Shown: positions 1 through 61,911, counted from the first letter of the stretch. The stretch is DNA of 64,000 nucleotides from Eledone cirrhosa (GCA_964016885.1 OZ024740.1:148862001-148926000), one strand, 5' to 3'. The notes: generated by a model from the letters alone, not told the origin. Numbers and translations are program-made.

Positions 1-329
1 TGAATGAAGGAAATTGAATCTGTCATGTTTCCCGTTATAAATATATTATGCATTCAATAATAAATACCGGACATTTACTGGAGTCGATTCAGTCGACACA
101 TTGGTAATTAAACAAATAACGAAATATAGGGATATTATTTATTTGAGAATAATAGAGACAAGTAAATATCTTGAGTAGCAATTGATTAAAATACATGCTA
201 AATATTTCAATTCATATTTGTATTATGAAATATGCTAATACATTTGATATTTTACATTGTTAAAATAAATAAATATTTATCTTCAGAAAATCATCTCCTT
301 ACTATATTTTTATTTCTTTTAACAGGACT

Positions 330-43990
<43,661 letters not shown>

Positions 43991-44408
43991 GTAAGTAGAT
44001 ACTTGGTAATACTTCCATAATACAAATTGGTATAAATCAAATCAAAACTGGGTATAACACGTTATATGAACTCTTTTTACTATTTTAGCAGTAATGTTGT
44101 TGTGGATGCAGCGTTTTAGCAGAAATGTTGTTGAGGTGTTGATCTTGGTCAATGTGTTGTGGTATGTTTTACATATTGATTGGTGTGGGGAAAAGCGATC
44201 AGGACTAATGATTAATTGAGACAGAAATACAAGGACACCAAAACTGTTAACTGGTATATTTTTATCGAGCCCAGGAATGGGATGAAACCTTGTAGTAAAA
44301 TATGACAACCAGAATACAGAAAAGGTTTGATGAAAAAGAGAATATTGCGTCAACTAATTATACTGTTCACAGATAAGAGTACTTTGTTGCAATGTGTTGG
44401 AGTTTATG

Positions 44409-44817
44409 ATTGTTTCCTCGGTCCGATTTGACGAGCTCGACCCAACTCGTTAAGCGAATGAGGTCTAGGATCATGTTGATCGAATATCGATATACCACTT
44501 ACCAGCGAGACGCTTTAACCATTAAGCTAAGGAGCCTTTGACGAAATTTTCCAGTCATTTTTAACTAAATAGCTTTCAGATGTCAGCTGATAGGCAGAGA
44601 GACTGACAGACAGACATCTGATGCCTGCCGACAACTGAAAGCTGTTGTCCATTTATCTAGTTTGAAATAACGGGAAATATTTCGTCAAAGGCTCTTTAGC
44701 TTAATGGTTAAAGCGTCTAGCTGGTAACTGGTATATGGATAGTCGATCGACATGATCCTAGACCTCATTCGTTTAACGAGTTGGGTGGAGCTCGTCAAAT
44801 CGGACCGAGAAAACAAT
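44409..44817. repeat. Fold-back element with two divergent tRNA-like heads
   Basis: Arms ~44409-44600 and ~44625-44817 are reverse complements; GGCTCTTTAGCTTAATGGTTAAAGCG (A-box) at 44690. Confidence 0.75.
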
Positions 44818-45159
44818 GTTTCCGCTGGTCTTTCCAATTGCAAATACTATCTGTCGGTCGCAAATCCAGACAGAAGGAACAACGTGAAATAAAGTGACTT
44901 GTTCAAGCACGTAACGCATCGCACGGTCTGAGATTTGAAATCACAAACGCATGATTGCGAATCCAATTCTCTAACCACTCAGCCATGTGTCATCACTTGT
45001 ATATATGGGGTTCAATTCCTGATAGATGCAGATAGAAATTTCTTTTTCTGTCTTTTAAGGGTATTCGATCTATTTTATAAGCTATCTTTATAGCATTTTT
45101 GCGCTTGAGCACATTCTTTATACTTATAATTAAACATATATACTTTATATATATATATA

Positions 45160-46053
45160 CGAGGTGGGTCAGAAAAATTCCAGGACTGATGTCACAAAAG
45201 ATTTATTTCAAACCCAAACTTCACACTAAGAGTTTTCTCCTTCAAAGTAATCCCCCTGGAGTTTAATGCACTTTTCCATCCTTTTCTGCCACGCTTGCAT
45301 GCACTCCTGGAAGGATTCTTCCGGGATCCTCCGCAGTTCCGTCGTCACGGCCTTTTTGATGTCGTCTAAGTCTTCAAAACAGGTCCCCTCCGGGTTGTAC
45401 TCGAAGACCCATGACTCATCACCGGTGAGGACTGTCCCTAGCACTCTGGTTCGGTTTCAAGACGCTCGAGGATGTCCTGGCACACTTGAATGCGTCGACT
45501 CTTCTGGTCATCGTTCAGCAGTTTTGGCACAATCTTCGTGCAGACTTTCCGCATCTCCAAATCTTCAGTGAAAATCTTCCAGACGCTGTCCCGATTCATG
45601 CCCAGCTTATTTGCCATCAGTCGAACAGCCAGGCGACGATCGCTACGCACCATCTGCCTGACGCGCTCAACGTTGACCTCAGTCCTGGTTGTTGAGGGCC
45701 TTCTGCTCCTGGTGTCATCTTCTACGTCCTCGCGTCCTTCTTTAAACCTCTTGCACCACTCAAAAACACGTGAGCGTGACATCGTCTCATCTTCATACAC
45801 TTGCTGCAGCAATCCCAGTGCTTCTGACGGAGTTTTGAAGTTTGTTCGTTGCTCTGTGTTCATTGCTTGACGACCTGAAACAGAGGACATGATTATAAAA
45901 TTATGAAGGAAAAAGTTTGATCGCTGCAGAGAACTAAGATTACAGTTACATACTCCAGAGGGAATACTTTAAAGGAGAAAACTCTTAGTGTGAAGTTTGG
46001 GTTTGAAATAAATCTTTTGTGACATCAGTCCTGGAACTTTTCTGATACACCTC

Positions 46054-46054
<1 letters not shown>
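45160..46054 (-). mobile_element. Internally deleted mariner transposon, second copy, opposite orientation
   Basis: Same TIRs and same internal deletions as 12525-13421; TA flanks. Confidence 0.93.
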
Positions 46055-46112
<58 letters not shown>

Positions 46113-47219
46113 GTGTGTGTGTGTACGTATATGCATATACACATGTACGCACATTCACACACACACATACAATTACAAATGCATACCCCGTCGAAGTTGT
46201 GGTTGAATAGTTGAAGTTATATATTAAGGAGTTTTATATAGAAATGCATAAATTTGTTAAAACGTTAAATGTTTTATTTTATGTTTTATTGTTCAGGAGG
46301 ATGAATAAGATGAAAGGGAATGAAATAGAATAAAAGAATTTGTAGTTAAAATTAATATGACTAGAATGTGGAATTATAACTAGGATTAGTATAAACTTAG
46401 TATATTTGACGGCTACTTTTTACGAACCTTGTTGCTTGGTTAGTAGGGTTAGTTAGCGCTTTCGGAGGGAACATCGATCATCACAATCTGTTCGTTTTTG
46501 GCAAATCTTTTACACGCCGGAGTATGTGTATATATGTTTCCAAGTGTCCAGGTCAAGCTGCCACATGTATATGTATGTTGGTTTATATACCTACCTACAT
46601 AGCTACATTTACGTTGGGCCACGTTCACTTAAAAATGATTTTTAAATAATTGAAATATGCACAGACATGTATATAATTGAAATTGGAAGGCCCATATACA
46701 CTGGTCAAAGGCACGCACACACTTATTTAGCAGAAAATATTCGCTACTCTCTCAGGACCACTATCTCTTTCTCTCTATCTTTCTCTCTCCCTATTTATGA
46801 AGGTACCCGGAAAAACACAGTATCTCGGGATCCCGTGCTCCGATTTACGCGAAACTTGTTTTATTCCATTTTTATTCCCATGTCAGGGACAACTTCCTTT
46901 CAAAGTATTTTCCGATTATGAATCGTTTTAGCTGCATTAAATTACAGACAAGCACACATTCACATAGTTTTAGTAGATAGATAGATTCAAAATAAACAAA
47001 CATCACCAACACCACGCTACTACCACCACCACCACGCCCTACACCACCATATATTTTAAACGCGTGTCAAATAATTCAACAAAAGCACACACACCCAAAA
47101 AATAAAGACCTGCCACGCACCCCGGGATTCAAAAGGTGGGGGAGCGAATGGAGAACTTTATTGCTCGTTACAGAAAGTGAAAACATTTGTCGTTTCAAAG
47201 TAAAAAATATTGTAGTGCG

Positions 47220-47820
47220 TTATAGAGAGGGAGAGAGAAATTGGTAGTCTAGTGAGGAACGGGGAATTATGAGTGTCATTCTCTCACAATTCCCCGTCCC
47301 TCACTAGACTACCAAATTCTAGTGGAATATAGAGAGCTGGAAAGAATTTGTTGGTTTAGGGAGAGAGGTCGGATTAAGAGAGTGAAGAGTGAGCTATGAA
47401 GTGGAATATAAAGAGGGGGGAGAATTTGGTGGTCTGGTGAGAGACTGTGAGGTATGTAGTTGGTTTGTAAAGAGGGGGAGAGAGTTTATTGGCCTAGTGA
47501 GAGAGGGGGTATTGTGAGAGTGAGGTATGTAGTGGGATATAGAGAGTGGGAGAGTATTTTTTGTTTTAGTGAGAGGGGGGAATTAAGAGAGTGAGAGAGT
47601 GAGGTATGTAGTGTTATATAGAGAGGGGGGAGATAATTTAGTGGCTGAGAGAATGAGATATGTAGTAGGATATAGAGAGGGCGGAGATAATTTAGTGGCT
47701 GAGAGAATGAGATATGTAGTAGGATATAGAGAGGGGGAGAATGATTGGTGGTCTTGTGAGAGAGGGGGAGTTGTGAAAGAGTGGGGAATGTTGTGGAATA
47801 TAGAGGGGGTGAGGAGATTT
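47220..47820 (+). repeat. Degenerate ~55-60 bp purine-rich minisatellite with a local inversion (~47238-47318)
   Basis: Recurring tatagagagggggga...gtgaggtatgtagt units. Confidence 0.7.
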
Positions 47821-48349
47821 TGAGATGGTGATAAAATAATTGTAGGAGGGAAGAAAAATGTTTTAATATTGGGTTTCGCAATAAAATGGCTGTATATATG
47901 AGTGTGTGTGTTTATATGTATATATATGTGTGTGTGTGTTTACATATGCGTGCGTTTGTATGTTTATATATATATGTGTGTGTGTGAGCGCGTGGATGTG
48001 TGAACAACCAAACACAGCAGTAATTTATTGAAGTGTAGCAGACATGGGACAGCTAACGCCCTGATGGTCAACGGACTGGTACCTGCGGTCAGAATTATGA
48101 TGACGTAGCCAACCAGCGGCCAATCACAGGACGCGCGAAGAAGATGAAGTTTTTGATGGTAATGGTCCAGAGGATCAAATAGCTAAGTGAGAGAATATGC
48201 TCCGAAATCATTGGAAGTGTCCGTCGAACCTGCGGGTCCAGAATCAGACAGATCCATACAATGATAGCGTCTCAAGCTGTCCACCGGCGAAACAATTGTA
48301 ACACACAATAAATTGAGTTCAGATGCATCACTGATTTTTCCTTTTCTAT

Positions 48350-48940
<591 letters not shown>

Positions 48941-48947
<7 letters not shown>

Positions 48948-49962
48948 ATTATGAAGAGAGAAGAAACATTAGATATAATTAGTAATAAGATGTATCATAC
49001 CTAAACTGCTTCTAAATTCCTCGACTACGTAGTTTCTTGGCATAATCAAAAACAATACATCACAGAGATATATAATTTTTGTGAGGTCTGCCGACTTATC
49101 AATAGGATACCTCATTAAGGGTTTCAAAAACACGTATGTAAGATGCGAGATAGAATCCCAAAAGGCGGAGGGGGAGTCAATCAAGTGATACAGCGGTCAA
49201 GAAACATAGCTAAGCCTCTTATAACCCTGAAAAAAATACCACAGATGCGGAGGGGGTATTTATATCGAGGCCGTAGAAGAGGTGGTTAAGGAGGCAAGAA
49301 GTATGAGTAATGGTAGCTTTCAAGCAGTCACTACACTTCAAGGGTTACTCGACCAAAGGGAGTTATAAACAATATATAGATACATGCGGACACACACATA
49401 TACATGAATATATCCTCATCCATCCTTGAGTTAATGGTGCCAACCTTAACCGATGTAGCTCTATGAATAACTGGGACAAACCAATCCGAGTGGATTAGAC
49501 TGAACCAGTATCAGAGCTATAAAGTATTTTTTCAGGGTTAGAAGAGGCTTAGCTGTGTTTCTTGACCGCTGTATCACGTGATTGACTCCCCCTCCGCCTT
49601 TTGGCATTCTATCTCGCATCTTACAGACGTGTTTTTGAAACCCTTAATGCGGTATCCTCTTGATAAGTCGGCAGACCTCACAAAAATTATATATCTCTGT
49701 GATGTATTGTTTTTCATTATACCACGAAACTACGTAGTCGAGGAATTTAGAAGCAGTTTAGGTATGATACATCTTATTACTAATTATATCTAATGTTTCT
49801 TCTCTCTTCATAATGTATTATATAGCTCTGATACTGAATCAATCTAATCCACTCGGATTGGTTTGTCCCAGTTATTCATAGAACAACACCGGTTAAGGTT
49901 GGCACCATTAACTCAAGGATGGATGTGGATATATTCATATATATGTGTGTCCCCGCATGTAT
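48941..49962. repeat. Interleaved inverted repeats (48941-49239 / 49524-49821 and 49378-49521 / 49821-49962), hammerhead-bearing
   Basis: Arms are reverse complements; near-identical spurious ORFs appear on opposite strands (48969-49184 and 49578-49793). Confidence 0.88.
49655..49744 (+). ncRNA. Type-I hammerhead, U3-A8 core variant (mirror copy at 49018-49107 on the minus strand)
   Basis: TCCTC-TTGATAA-GT...AC-GAAA-CTACGTAG-TC-GAGGA; palindrome ACTACGTAGT; GUC triplet. Confidence 0.72.
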
Positions 49963-49993
49963 CTGTGTGTTTCTCTATATATTGTATATATAT

Positions 49994-50038
<45 letters not shown>

Positions 50039-50101
50039 GTATATATATATATGTATATATATATATGTATATGTATATATATATATGTGTATATATAAAT
50101 G

Positions 50102-50449
50102 TATCCTACGCCATTTTGTTTCTGTGTGTCACACAGAAACAAAATGGCGTAGGATAGAAGAAAGGAAAGGCACAGAACCGAAGAAAGGAATCCCCAGTTA
50201 CTGAAGAGGTCACAGAGTGTGTGACAAAAGGACTATGACTATATATATAAACAACTATCTGGTTGTGGAACCAACCAACCAACCAGAAATTTATAAGTTT
50301 ATAAATTTATAAATATATAATAAATTGAAGTGAAAGAAACTGGTGCGTGTGTTTCTTATTGGCAACATGACCCTCCCAAAGTATAACAATATCGGTTTCA
50401 ACACACGATTTCAGATAAAGAATCTTGCTAAACAAATTCAGAAACGAAA

Positions 50450-50450
<1 letters not shown>
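50102..50450 (+). mobile_element. Solo PLE pseudo-LTR with a 27 bp perfect fold-back at its start and a mutated hammerhead (50196-50240)
   Basis: Similar to the reverse complement of 5060-5380; hairpin at 50102-50156; core GAAA changed to AAAA. Confidence 0.8.
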
Positions 50451-51346
<896 letters not shown>

Positions 51347-51354
51347 TGGCGGCG

Positions 51355-53185
51355 ATGAATTAGTTTTGCGAGGTTTTTTATATGAAATCGTGTGTCGAAA
51401 CAGATATTGTTATATTTGGGGAGGGTCATATTTGCGTAATATTGCCAGAATTAATAACAGAACACACTCACTGTTTGGTTGGTTTTCGCTTCTCGCTGTC
51501 TTTTATATATATATATCTGCGATCTAACTTACTCGGTCCTCAATGTTGCCATTGACTGACCGGCGGTCAAAAATAAAATAATACAGATACAATATAGACA
51601 AACACATATATATATAGTTTACATAAATCTTTCGCTGCACATCTGCAACATCGTCAGTGGTGTTATATTCATTGTTCCTCCTGTTGTGTTGTATGTCTAC
51701 GCCATTTTTTTTTTTTTTGTTCAGTCCGTCTATATATTTATTTATTTGTTTGCTTGTTTGTTTATCTTATTTTATTTTGTCTTCTTTGCGCATGCGTTTG
51801 CGTGTGTGATGTGTGACTAGTGTGTATAGTGTTGTGTCTGCTGGGTGACTAGTGTGTGTTTATGTGCTTGTGTATGTATTTATTTATCTTATTTTATTTT
51901 ATTTAATTTACTTATTTATTTATACTTCTCTTAGGTCAGTGTTGTTTGTTTGGGTGTTGTTGTTGTTCCACTCATTCTTTCTGTTTAGCTTTGGTCTTCT
52001 AATTTCTATTTCACTGGCCTCTCTGATTTGCCTATCTGCTGGGTCATTCCTATGTTTAGATATTATTCTAATTTCTATGTTGTCTATGTTACCGTCATGA
52101 TGTTGTCTAGCATGTTCGTATAGTACTGACCCGTTTTTTCGTCCTTTTAGTTCCCCCCAGTGTTGGTCTATCCTTTCACCTATGCTACGAGCTGTCTCAC
52201 CTATGTATGTTGTTGTCGTGTTTCTACAAGTACCCTCTGTACATCTTATGCTATAGACTACGTTTCTAGTTTTACAGTTTATCCGGGGGTTCACCTTACA
52301 TATGATACATTTCCTATTGGTACAGTGGGTTTTCTTAAAAGGGTAGGTTTTGCTGATCAGGGATTTTATGGTGGTTCCTGGCTTTTCTACCACCTTTATT
52401 TTTAAGTGGGTCTTTCTCAGGGCCTTTCTACACTGGTTAGCTAATTTCCCTCCAGGGGTGGCGTCCACAAACATGACACTCTGATATCTCTGGTTGTCGT
52501 ACCATGATGTGGCCTTCCCTATCTTATGTCTAGCCCTATCTAAGCTATTCCATGATTTGCTCCTGTATAGTGGGCAAATTCCTTTCATGTCCAGTTCTAT
52601 GAGGGTCTTATACTTTTCCATGGCTCCTTCGTATACTCTGACTCTGTCTCTTTGGTTGTAGCCAGAGAACTGCATGCGGTTGATGAAGTGTTGGATGTGT
52701 CCTTCCATTTCTGATACATACACAAGCACATAAACACACACTAGTCACCCAGCAGACACAACACTATACACACTAGTCACACATCACACACGCAAACGCA
52801 TGCGCAAAGAAGACAAAATAAAATAAGATAAACAAACAAGCAAACAAATAAATAAATATATAGACGGACTGAACAAAAAAAAAAATGGCGTAGACATACA
52901 ACACAACAGGAGGAACAATGAATATAACACCACTGACGATGTTGCAGATGTGCAGCGAAAGATTTATGTAAACTATATATATATGTGTTTGTCTATATTG
53001 TATCTGTATTATTTTATTTTTGACCGCCGGTCAGTCAATGGCAACATTGAGGACCGAGTAAGTTAGATCGCAGATATATATATATAAAAGACAGCGAGAA
53101 GCGAAAACCAACCAAACAGTGAGTGTGTTCTGTTATTAATTCTGGCAATATTACGCAAATATGACCCTCCCCAAATATAACAATA

Positions 53186-53186
<1 letters not shown>
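51355..53186 (-). mobile_element. 5'-truncated Penelope-like element (GIY-YIG) with near-identical ~475 bp inverted pseudo-LTRs
   Basis: Open frame 51920-52712: CKTRNVVYSIRC...YIGETARSIGERIDQH...REASEI; arms 51404-51879 and 52714-53186. Confidence 0.93.
52929..52969 (+). ncRNA. Minimal hammerhead (mirror copy at ~51620-51661 on the minus strand)
   Basis: CA-CTGACGA-T-GTTGCA(gatg)TGCAGC-GAAA-GATT-TA-TG; stem I weak. Confidence 0.65.
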
Positions 53187-55994
<2,808 letters not shown>

Positions 55995-56687
55995 AACTTT
56001 GATAACTTTTATATGTTTTGGCCAGTATTGGCCCAGGCCATGTCTAACTTAATAGCACCACCTGGCGAAGTCTTTCAATTCAGGATTTGGGCACCATGGC
56101 CCATTCGAGAAGAGAATTACTGTTTGCGGAGACATATCCGGGTGTGGGTGGTTTGTCCGGGATTACTTGGAGGAATTTGTCCAAAGACTTCTTGAATTTT
56201 GTGTGGTCAGTTTCTGTTTTGACGTGTCCTGGTGTGATGTTGAAGAGAGCAGGGCCGATTGAGGTGAAATAATTGTGCCGTATTGTTGTTATGAGTTGCG
56301 ATTTAGATTTTTGAATGGGACGGATAGCACGGGGCCCAACCCTTGGGTGTATCTTGAAGGCGATGCCAACATCATTTGGGCAGTGATGATGGAACATTTT
56401 CCACATCATGCAGATAATATAACGCTCACGGCGACGTTGGAGTGAGTAAAGTTTCAGCTTTTCTAGTCGACCCCAGTAGTCAAGGTCTGACATGCCATCT
56501 ATCTTTTTCGTGATTGCCCTTTGAGGAGCTTCAAGTTTCATGATACTTTGTTTCGTGTGGGGAGACCACAGTGGACAACAGTATTCAAGGTGTGGTCAGG
56601 CAAAAGTAGAGAAGAGAAGGATAATGGTGTGGGAATCTCTCGACTGGAAGGTTCTGAGGATCCAGGAACACATTCTGCGGGCCATGT
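55995..56687 (-). mobile_element. CR1-like LINE 3' fragment, near-identical to 59087-59780
   Basis: The 153 aa ORF is almost identical to 59233-59694. Confidence 0.92.
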
Positions 56688-57051
56688 AAGTATGAATATG
56701 TGAATTGTGTGTATATGTATTTTGTAGAGGTGTGCAAATATATTTGTGTGTGAATGCGTGGGTGAAAGGATACGTACACTTGAAAGAAAAATTTAAGTCT
56801 GAATGTTAATTAAGTGCAAACACAAAACCAACCACGCATATCTTCACTATCTCTAATCCTTCTATAGATTTAGAAAAATAACCAATAATATATTCTATAA
56901 AAAATGTCAAAACAACAGATGGGAATCTAATTACTCACTGCCACCAAGAATTCTCACTGCTATCGAAAAACCACTCCTTCAACTATTCTTCTAACAACTT
57001 CACCCCTCCCTCCTAATATTCTCTATAAAAACTAAATAGGTCCTCAGTAAT

Positions 57052-57108
57052 ATTATTCTGATGAAATGACAGTAAATAATAACATTGAAATATTGAATGT
57101 CTGCATAA
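57052..57108 (+). ncRNA. Hammerhead-like motif, stem I degenerate
   Basis: CTGATGA-AATG...CATT-GAAA-TATTGAATG-TC. Confidence 0.5.
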
Positions 57109-57205
57109 CTAAAAGTTTGTAGATAGCTGTTTTAGGTTATGTAACTGTTATAGAAACACGTGTCAATAAATTCCTTTCAACTAAACTGTATCCATTCAAA
57201 TCTTT

Positions 57206-57785
<580 letters not shown>

Positions 57786-59780
57786 CATCACTAGAGATTA
57801 AAAAACATAACCTCCAAAACAACATAATGTCCCTCATCAACAATCAGAGAAGAGCTGAAGAGGCCTGGGCCATTGAGAAGATCAAACTCAATCCCAAAGT
57901 GTTCTTTTCATTGGCAAAAAAACACAAAATCACTGGCTCTACTGTTGACCCTTTAATTGATGAAAATGGCACTCTTCAAGACAATGCTAAAACCATGGGT
58001 GAGATACTGCAGAAACAATATTGCTCTGTTTTCAGCAATCCTGATATGGCCGATCTGGGCTGTATCGGCGATGTTACTCCCCATTACACTTTATCGGACA
58101 TAACGTTTGGCGCCCCTGATGTCTTAGCGGCAATAAAGGAAATCAAGCATAATTCAGCAGTAGGTCCCGATAGGTTCCCTGCTTGTGTCTTGAAGGCGTG
58201 TCAACACCAACTTGCATCTCCTCTTGCCAATCTGTGGCGGAACTCACTGGATGCTGGATATGTGCCAGAAAACCTTCTATCCCAGTCTGTTGTCCCAGTT
58301 TTCAAAAAATTAAACAAATCCCTTGCCGTGAATTACCGTCCAATCTCACTCACCTCTCATATCATTAAGGTATTTGAGAGAGTGGTGAGATCGCGAATGA
58401 CCCACTTCCTTGAGAGTAACAATATGCTGAACTCCAACCAGCATGGATTCCGTAATGAAAGGGATTGCCTGACGCCCTACTGCATCACTTTGATGACATT
58501 TTGAGAGCCTTGGGAGAGGGATCCAACACTGATGTTATCTACCTTGATTTCAGCAAGGCCTTTGACAGGGTTGATCATAACATTCTACTGAGAAAGCTGT
58601 CCAATATTGGTGTCACTGGAAAGCTGCTGCAGTGGATCAAGAGCTTCCTGTCAAACAGAACCCAACATGTTGTAGTTGAAGGAGTCAAATCCAGCCCAGC
58701 CAAAGTCAGTAGTGGGGTCCCACAAGGCACTGTGTTGGGCCCACTTCTCTTCATCATCTATATTAATGACATCACTGACATCATCAAACACAGCAACATT
58801 AAAATTTTCGCTGATGATTCCAAGCTCCAAAAGGTCATCAATGGCGTGGATGACCGGATAAGCCTTCAGTCAGACCTACTGGCTGTTACCCAATGGGCGG
58901 AAAAGAACAACATGTTACTGAACGAAGACAAATTCGAACTGATCCACTTTGGAAAAGAGGATGCTCTGAAACTCCCGTACTCCCTTCCCTCCGAGGAAAC
59001 TCTCGTGGCATCTAACAACATCAGAGACTTGGGAGTAACCGTGGACAGCAACATAAGCTGGGCCACGCATATAAGCAGCAAAGTTGACATGGCCCGCAGA
59101 ATGTGTTCCTGGATCCTCAGAACCTTCCAGTCGAGAGATTCCCACACCATTATCCTTCTCATCTCTACTTTTGCCTGACCACACCTTGAATACTGTTGTC
59201 CACTGTGGTCTCCCCACACGAAACAAAGTATCATGAAACTTGAAGCTCCTCAAAGGGCAATCACGAAAAAGATAGATGGCATGTCAGACCTTGACTACTG
59301 GGGTCGACTAGAAAAGCTGAAACTTTACTCACTCCAACGTCGCCGTGAGCGTTATATTATCTGCATGATGTGGAAAATGTTCCATCATCACTGCCCAAAT
59401 GATGTTGGCATCGCCTTCAAGATACACCCAAGGCTTGGGCCCCGTGCTATCCGTCCCATACAAAAATCGAAATCGCAACTCATAACAACAATACGGCACA
59501 ATTATTTCACCTCAATCGGCCCTGCTCTCTTCAACATCACACCAGGACACGTCAAAACAGAAACTGACCACACAAAATTCAAGAAGTCTTTGGACAAATT
59601 CCTCCAAGTAATCCCGGACAAACCACCCACACCCGGATATGTCTCCGCAAACAGTAATTATCTTCTCGAATGGGCCATGGTGCCCAAATCCTGAATTGAA
59701 AGACTTCGCCAGGTGGTGCTATTAAGTTAGACATGGCCTGGGCCAATACTGGCCAAAACATTTCAAAGTTATTCAAAGTT
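57786..59780 (+). mobile_element. 5'-truncated CR1-like LINE (RT), with frameshift and stop
   Basis: [48 protein letters not shown]; tail ttcaaagtta repeated twice. Confidence 0.93.
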
Positions 59781-59892
59781 ATATATATGTATATATATGT
59801 ATATATGTATATATATATGTATATATGTATATATATATGTATATATGTATATATATATATATATGTATATATATGTATATATATATATATGG

Positions 59893-59936
<44 letters not shown>

Positions 59937-60049
59937 ATGTATATATATATATCCATATATATATATGTATATATATATATATATGTATATATGTATATAT
60001 ATATATGTATATATGTGTATATATATATATATATGTATATGTATATATG

Positions 60050-60086
<37 letters not shown>

Positions 60087-60204
60087 GAATATATATATAT
60101 ATATGGATATATGTATATATATATATGGATATATATATGTATATATATATATGGATATATATATATATGTATAGATATATGTATATATATATGTATAGAT
60201 ATAT
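59781..60204. repeat. (TA)n/(TATG)n array
   Basis: Seen directly in sequence. Confidence 0.97.
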
Positions 60205-60408
60205 GATAAAGAACACAAGAGCGTCTACAACATCAAAAGATTTTTATTGGCTTACAATGTTTCTTCCTTACGTAACCGGGGTTTGATTGGTGTTATGGAC
60301 TCTACCAACCTAACATTCAAGAACAAAGAGTTTAGAGAGGAAAGAGCAAAAGCAGGGGACGATAAGTCTAATTTTGGTGCAGGTGGGTGGGGTGTGGGTC
60401 CTTGCTTA

Positions 60409-60620
60409 CTCAAATCTATCTAGCATGGATTTATGGGGCGGGCTCCTATAGGTTTTAAAACCAAATTTATTATTGGGGGACACCGTGGTTGATTTCTTAT
60501 TTCTCTTATCGAAGTGGAAAGTGCGCTATCTAATACGCTTAACGAAGGAGTTGACGCTAGCTATCAGTAATTTCTCATAAGTAGTCCTGGATGGGGTTGG
60601 GATGTTCTTGAGTGATATAG
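60409..60620 (-). mobile_element. Remnant of a PLE ORF N-terminus (tentative)
   Basis: SLKNIPTPSRTTYEKLLIASVNSFVKRIR*RTFHF...KFGFKTYRSPP...LDRFE resembles PLE N-termini as recalled from memory. Confidence 0.5.
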
Positions 60621-60779
60621 GTAGGTAGTCTTTAGTTAGCATGCTGCCAATCAATTATAATCATACATACAAGGTGGACAGGTTAAAAGGAGTTAATGTA
60701 TATATATATATGTATATTAGAAAGTGAGGTTTTTTTTTACAAAATGAAAAATAACCGAGGTGTCCTACACGAGTGGAAG

Positions 60780-61082
60780 TATAAAGAAAAAAAGATGAAA
60801 TCGAAAATGCAACTGAAGTCTTATTTTTTTTTAAAATATATATATTTATTTGGTTCCTTTACCGGTTTCGCAGTTCTTCTGCTTTTCAAAAGGTGAGTTG
60901 AGATGGAGGGTCTGTGGTTTTTCTCACATCTGATGTGAGAAAAACCACAGACCCTCCATCTCAACTCACCTTTTGAAAAGCAGAAGAACTGCGAAACCGG
61001 TAAAGGAACCAAATAAATATATATATTTTAAAAAAAAATAAGACTTCAGTTGCATTTTCGATTTCATCTCTTTTTCTTTATA
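60780..61082. repeat. Near-perfect palindrome, ~151 bp arms, 1 nt loop at 60931
   Basis: ...ctcacatc-t-gatgtgag...; arms complementary almost throughout. Confidence 0.95.
60969..61006 (+). ncRNA. Minimal hammerhead, U3-A8 variant (mirror copy at 60856-60893 on the minus strand)
   Basis: CCTT-TTGAAAA-GCAG(aagaa)CTGC-GAAA-CCGG-TA-AAGG; palindrome ACCGGT. Confidence 0.72.
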
Positions 61083-61106
61083 TATGTATATATATATATA
61101 TATATA

Positions 61107-61910
61107 TAAACAATTAAGTTAAAAATGTACATCTACATATGCATACTGAAATACTAGTATGCATATGAATACACACACGTATACAAATAACGAAACGAAA
61201 TTAAATTTCGTTTCGTTTGTAACTCACTTTTGTATGACTGAAGAATAGCTGGATACTCACAGTAAAGTAACCAGTGAAAGACTTGGTACATCTACATATG
61301 TATACGTGTGTGTATTCATATGCATACTAGTATTTCAGTATGCATATGTAGATGTACATTTTTAACTTAATTGTTTAAGCGTCAGTCATACAAAAGTGAG
61401 TTACAAACGAAACGAAATTTAATTTCGTTTCGTTATTTGTTTTTATCGTCTCCGTTGAACCGGTACGTACTCACACTCTATGCAAATTAGTCTGTCCACT
61501 ACTAATTTTCATAGAAAAAGCATATAACGATATGTGCTTTTACGACTCTCCAGAAAGGCCGGTAGATAGGTAAATATTGCTGATGAGTTGTAACAACAAC
61601 GAAACTAGTTCAATATTCCTTGTCTGGCTTTCTGGAGAATAGAGGAAAGGTGTTTCCTCAAAAACCAGTATGACTCTAAAAACCGGTTTGTCTGTGTGTT
61701 TACATACAGAATAGCTGGATACTCACAGTAAAGTAACCAGTGAAAGACTTGGTACATCTACATATGTATACGTGTGTGTATTCATATGCATACTAGTATT
61801 TCAGTATGCATATGTAGATGTACATTTTTAACTTAATTGTTTAAGCGTCAGTCATACAAAAGTGAGTTACAAACGAGACGAAATTTAATTTCGTTTCGTT
61901 ATTTGTTTTT

Positions 61911-61911
<1 letters not shown>
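61107..61911 (+). mobile_element. Non-coding 466 bp unit with ~200 bp direct repeats, inverted leader segments and a central hammerhead
   Basis: Direct repeats at 61242-61445 and 61708-61911; 61107-61241 consists of two inverted segments of the repeat. Confidence 0.75.
61573..61617 (+). ncRNA. Minimal type-I hammerhead ribozyme with long stem I
   Basis: AATATTG-CTGATGA-GTTGT(aaca)ACAAC-GAAA-CTAG-TT-CAATATT; stem I extends with tctccagaaag / ctttctggaga. Confidence 0.85.

Noticed and set aside
44690-44765. Possible tRNA gene
   Set aside because: Only the 5' half and A-box are recognisable, with no T-arm or acceptor stem pairing; treated as a repeat.
46451-46487. Minus-strand GTGATGA...GAAA-GCGC-TA hammerhead-like motif
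   Set aside because: C3 is mutated and stems I and II do not pair convincingly.
47220-47820. Spaced repeats resembling a CRISPR array
   Set aside because: Eukaryotic degenerate minisatellite with no unique spacers and no cas genes.
48217-48304. GTGT-CCGTCGA...GAAA-CAATTG-TA-ACAC
   Set aside because: Probably a decayed hammerhead (palindrome and stem I present), but it has two core mismatches; counted only as degenerate.
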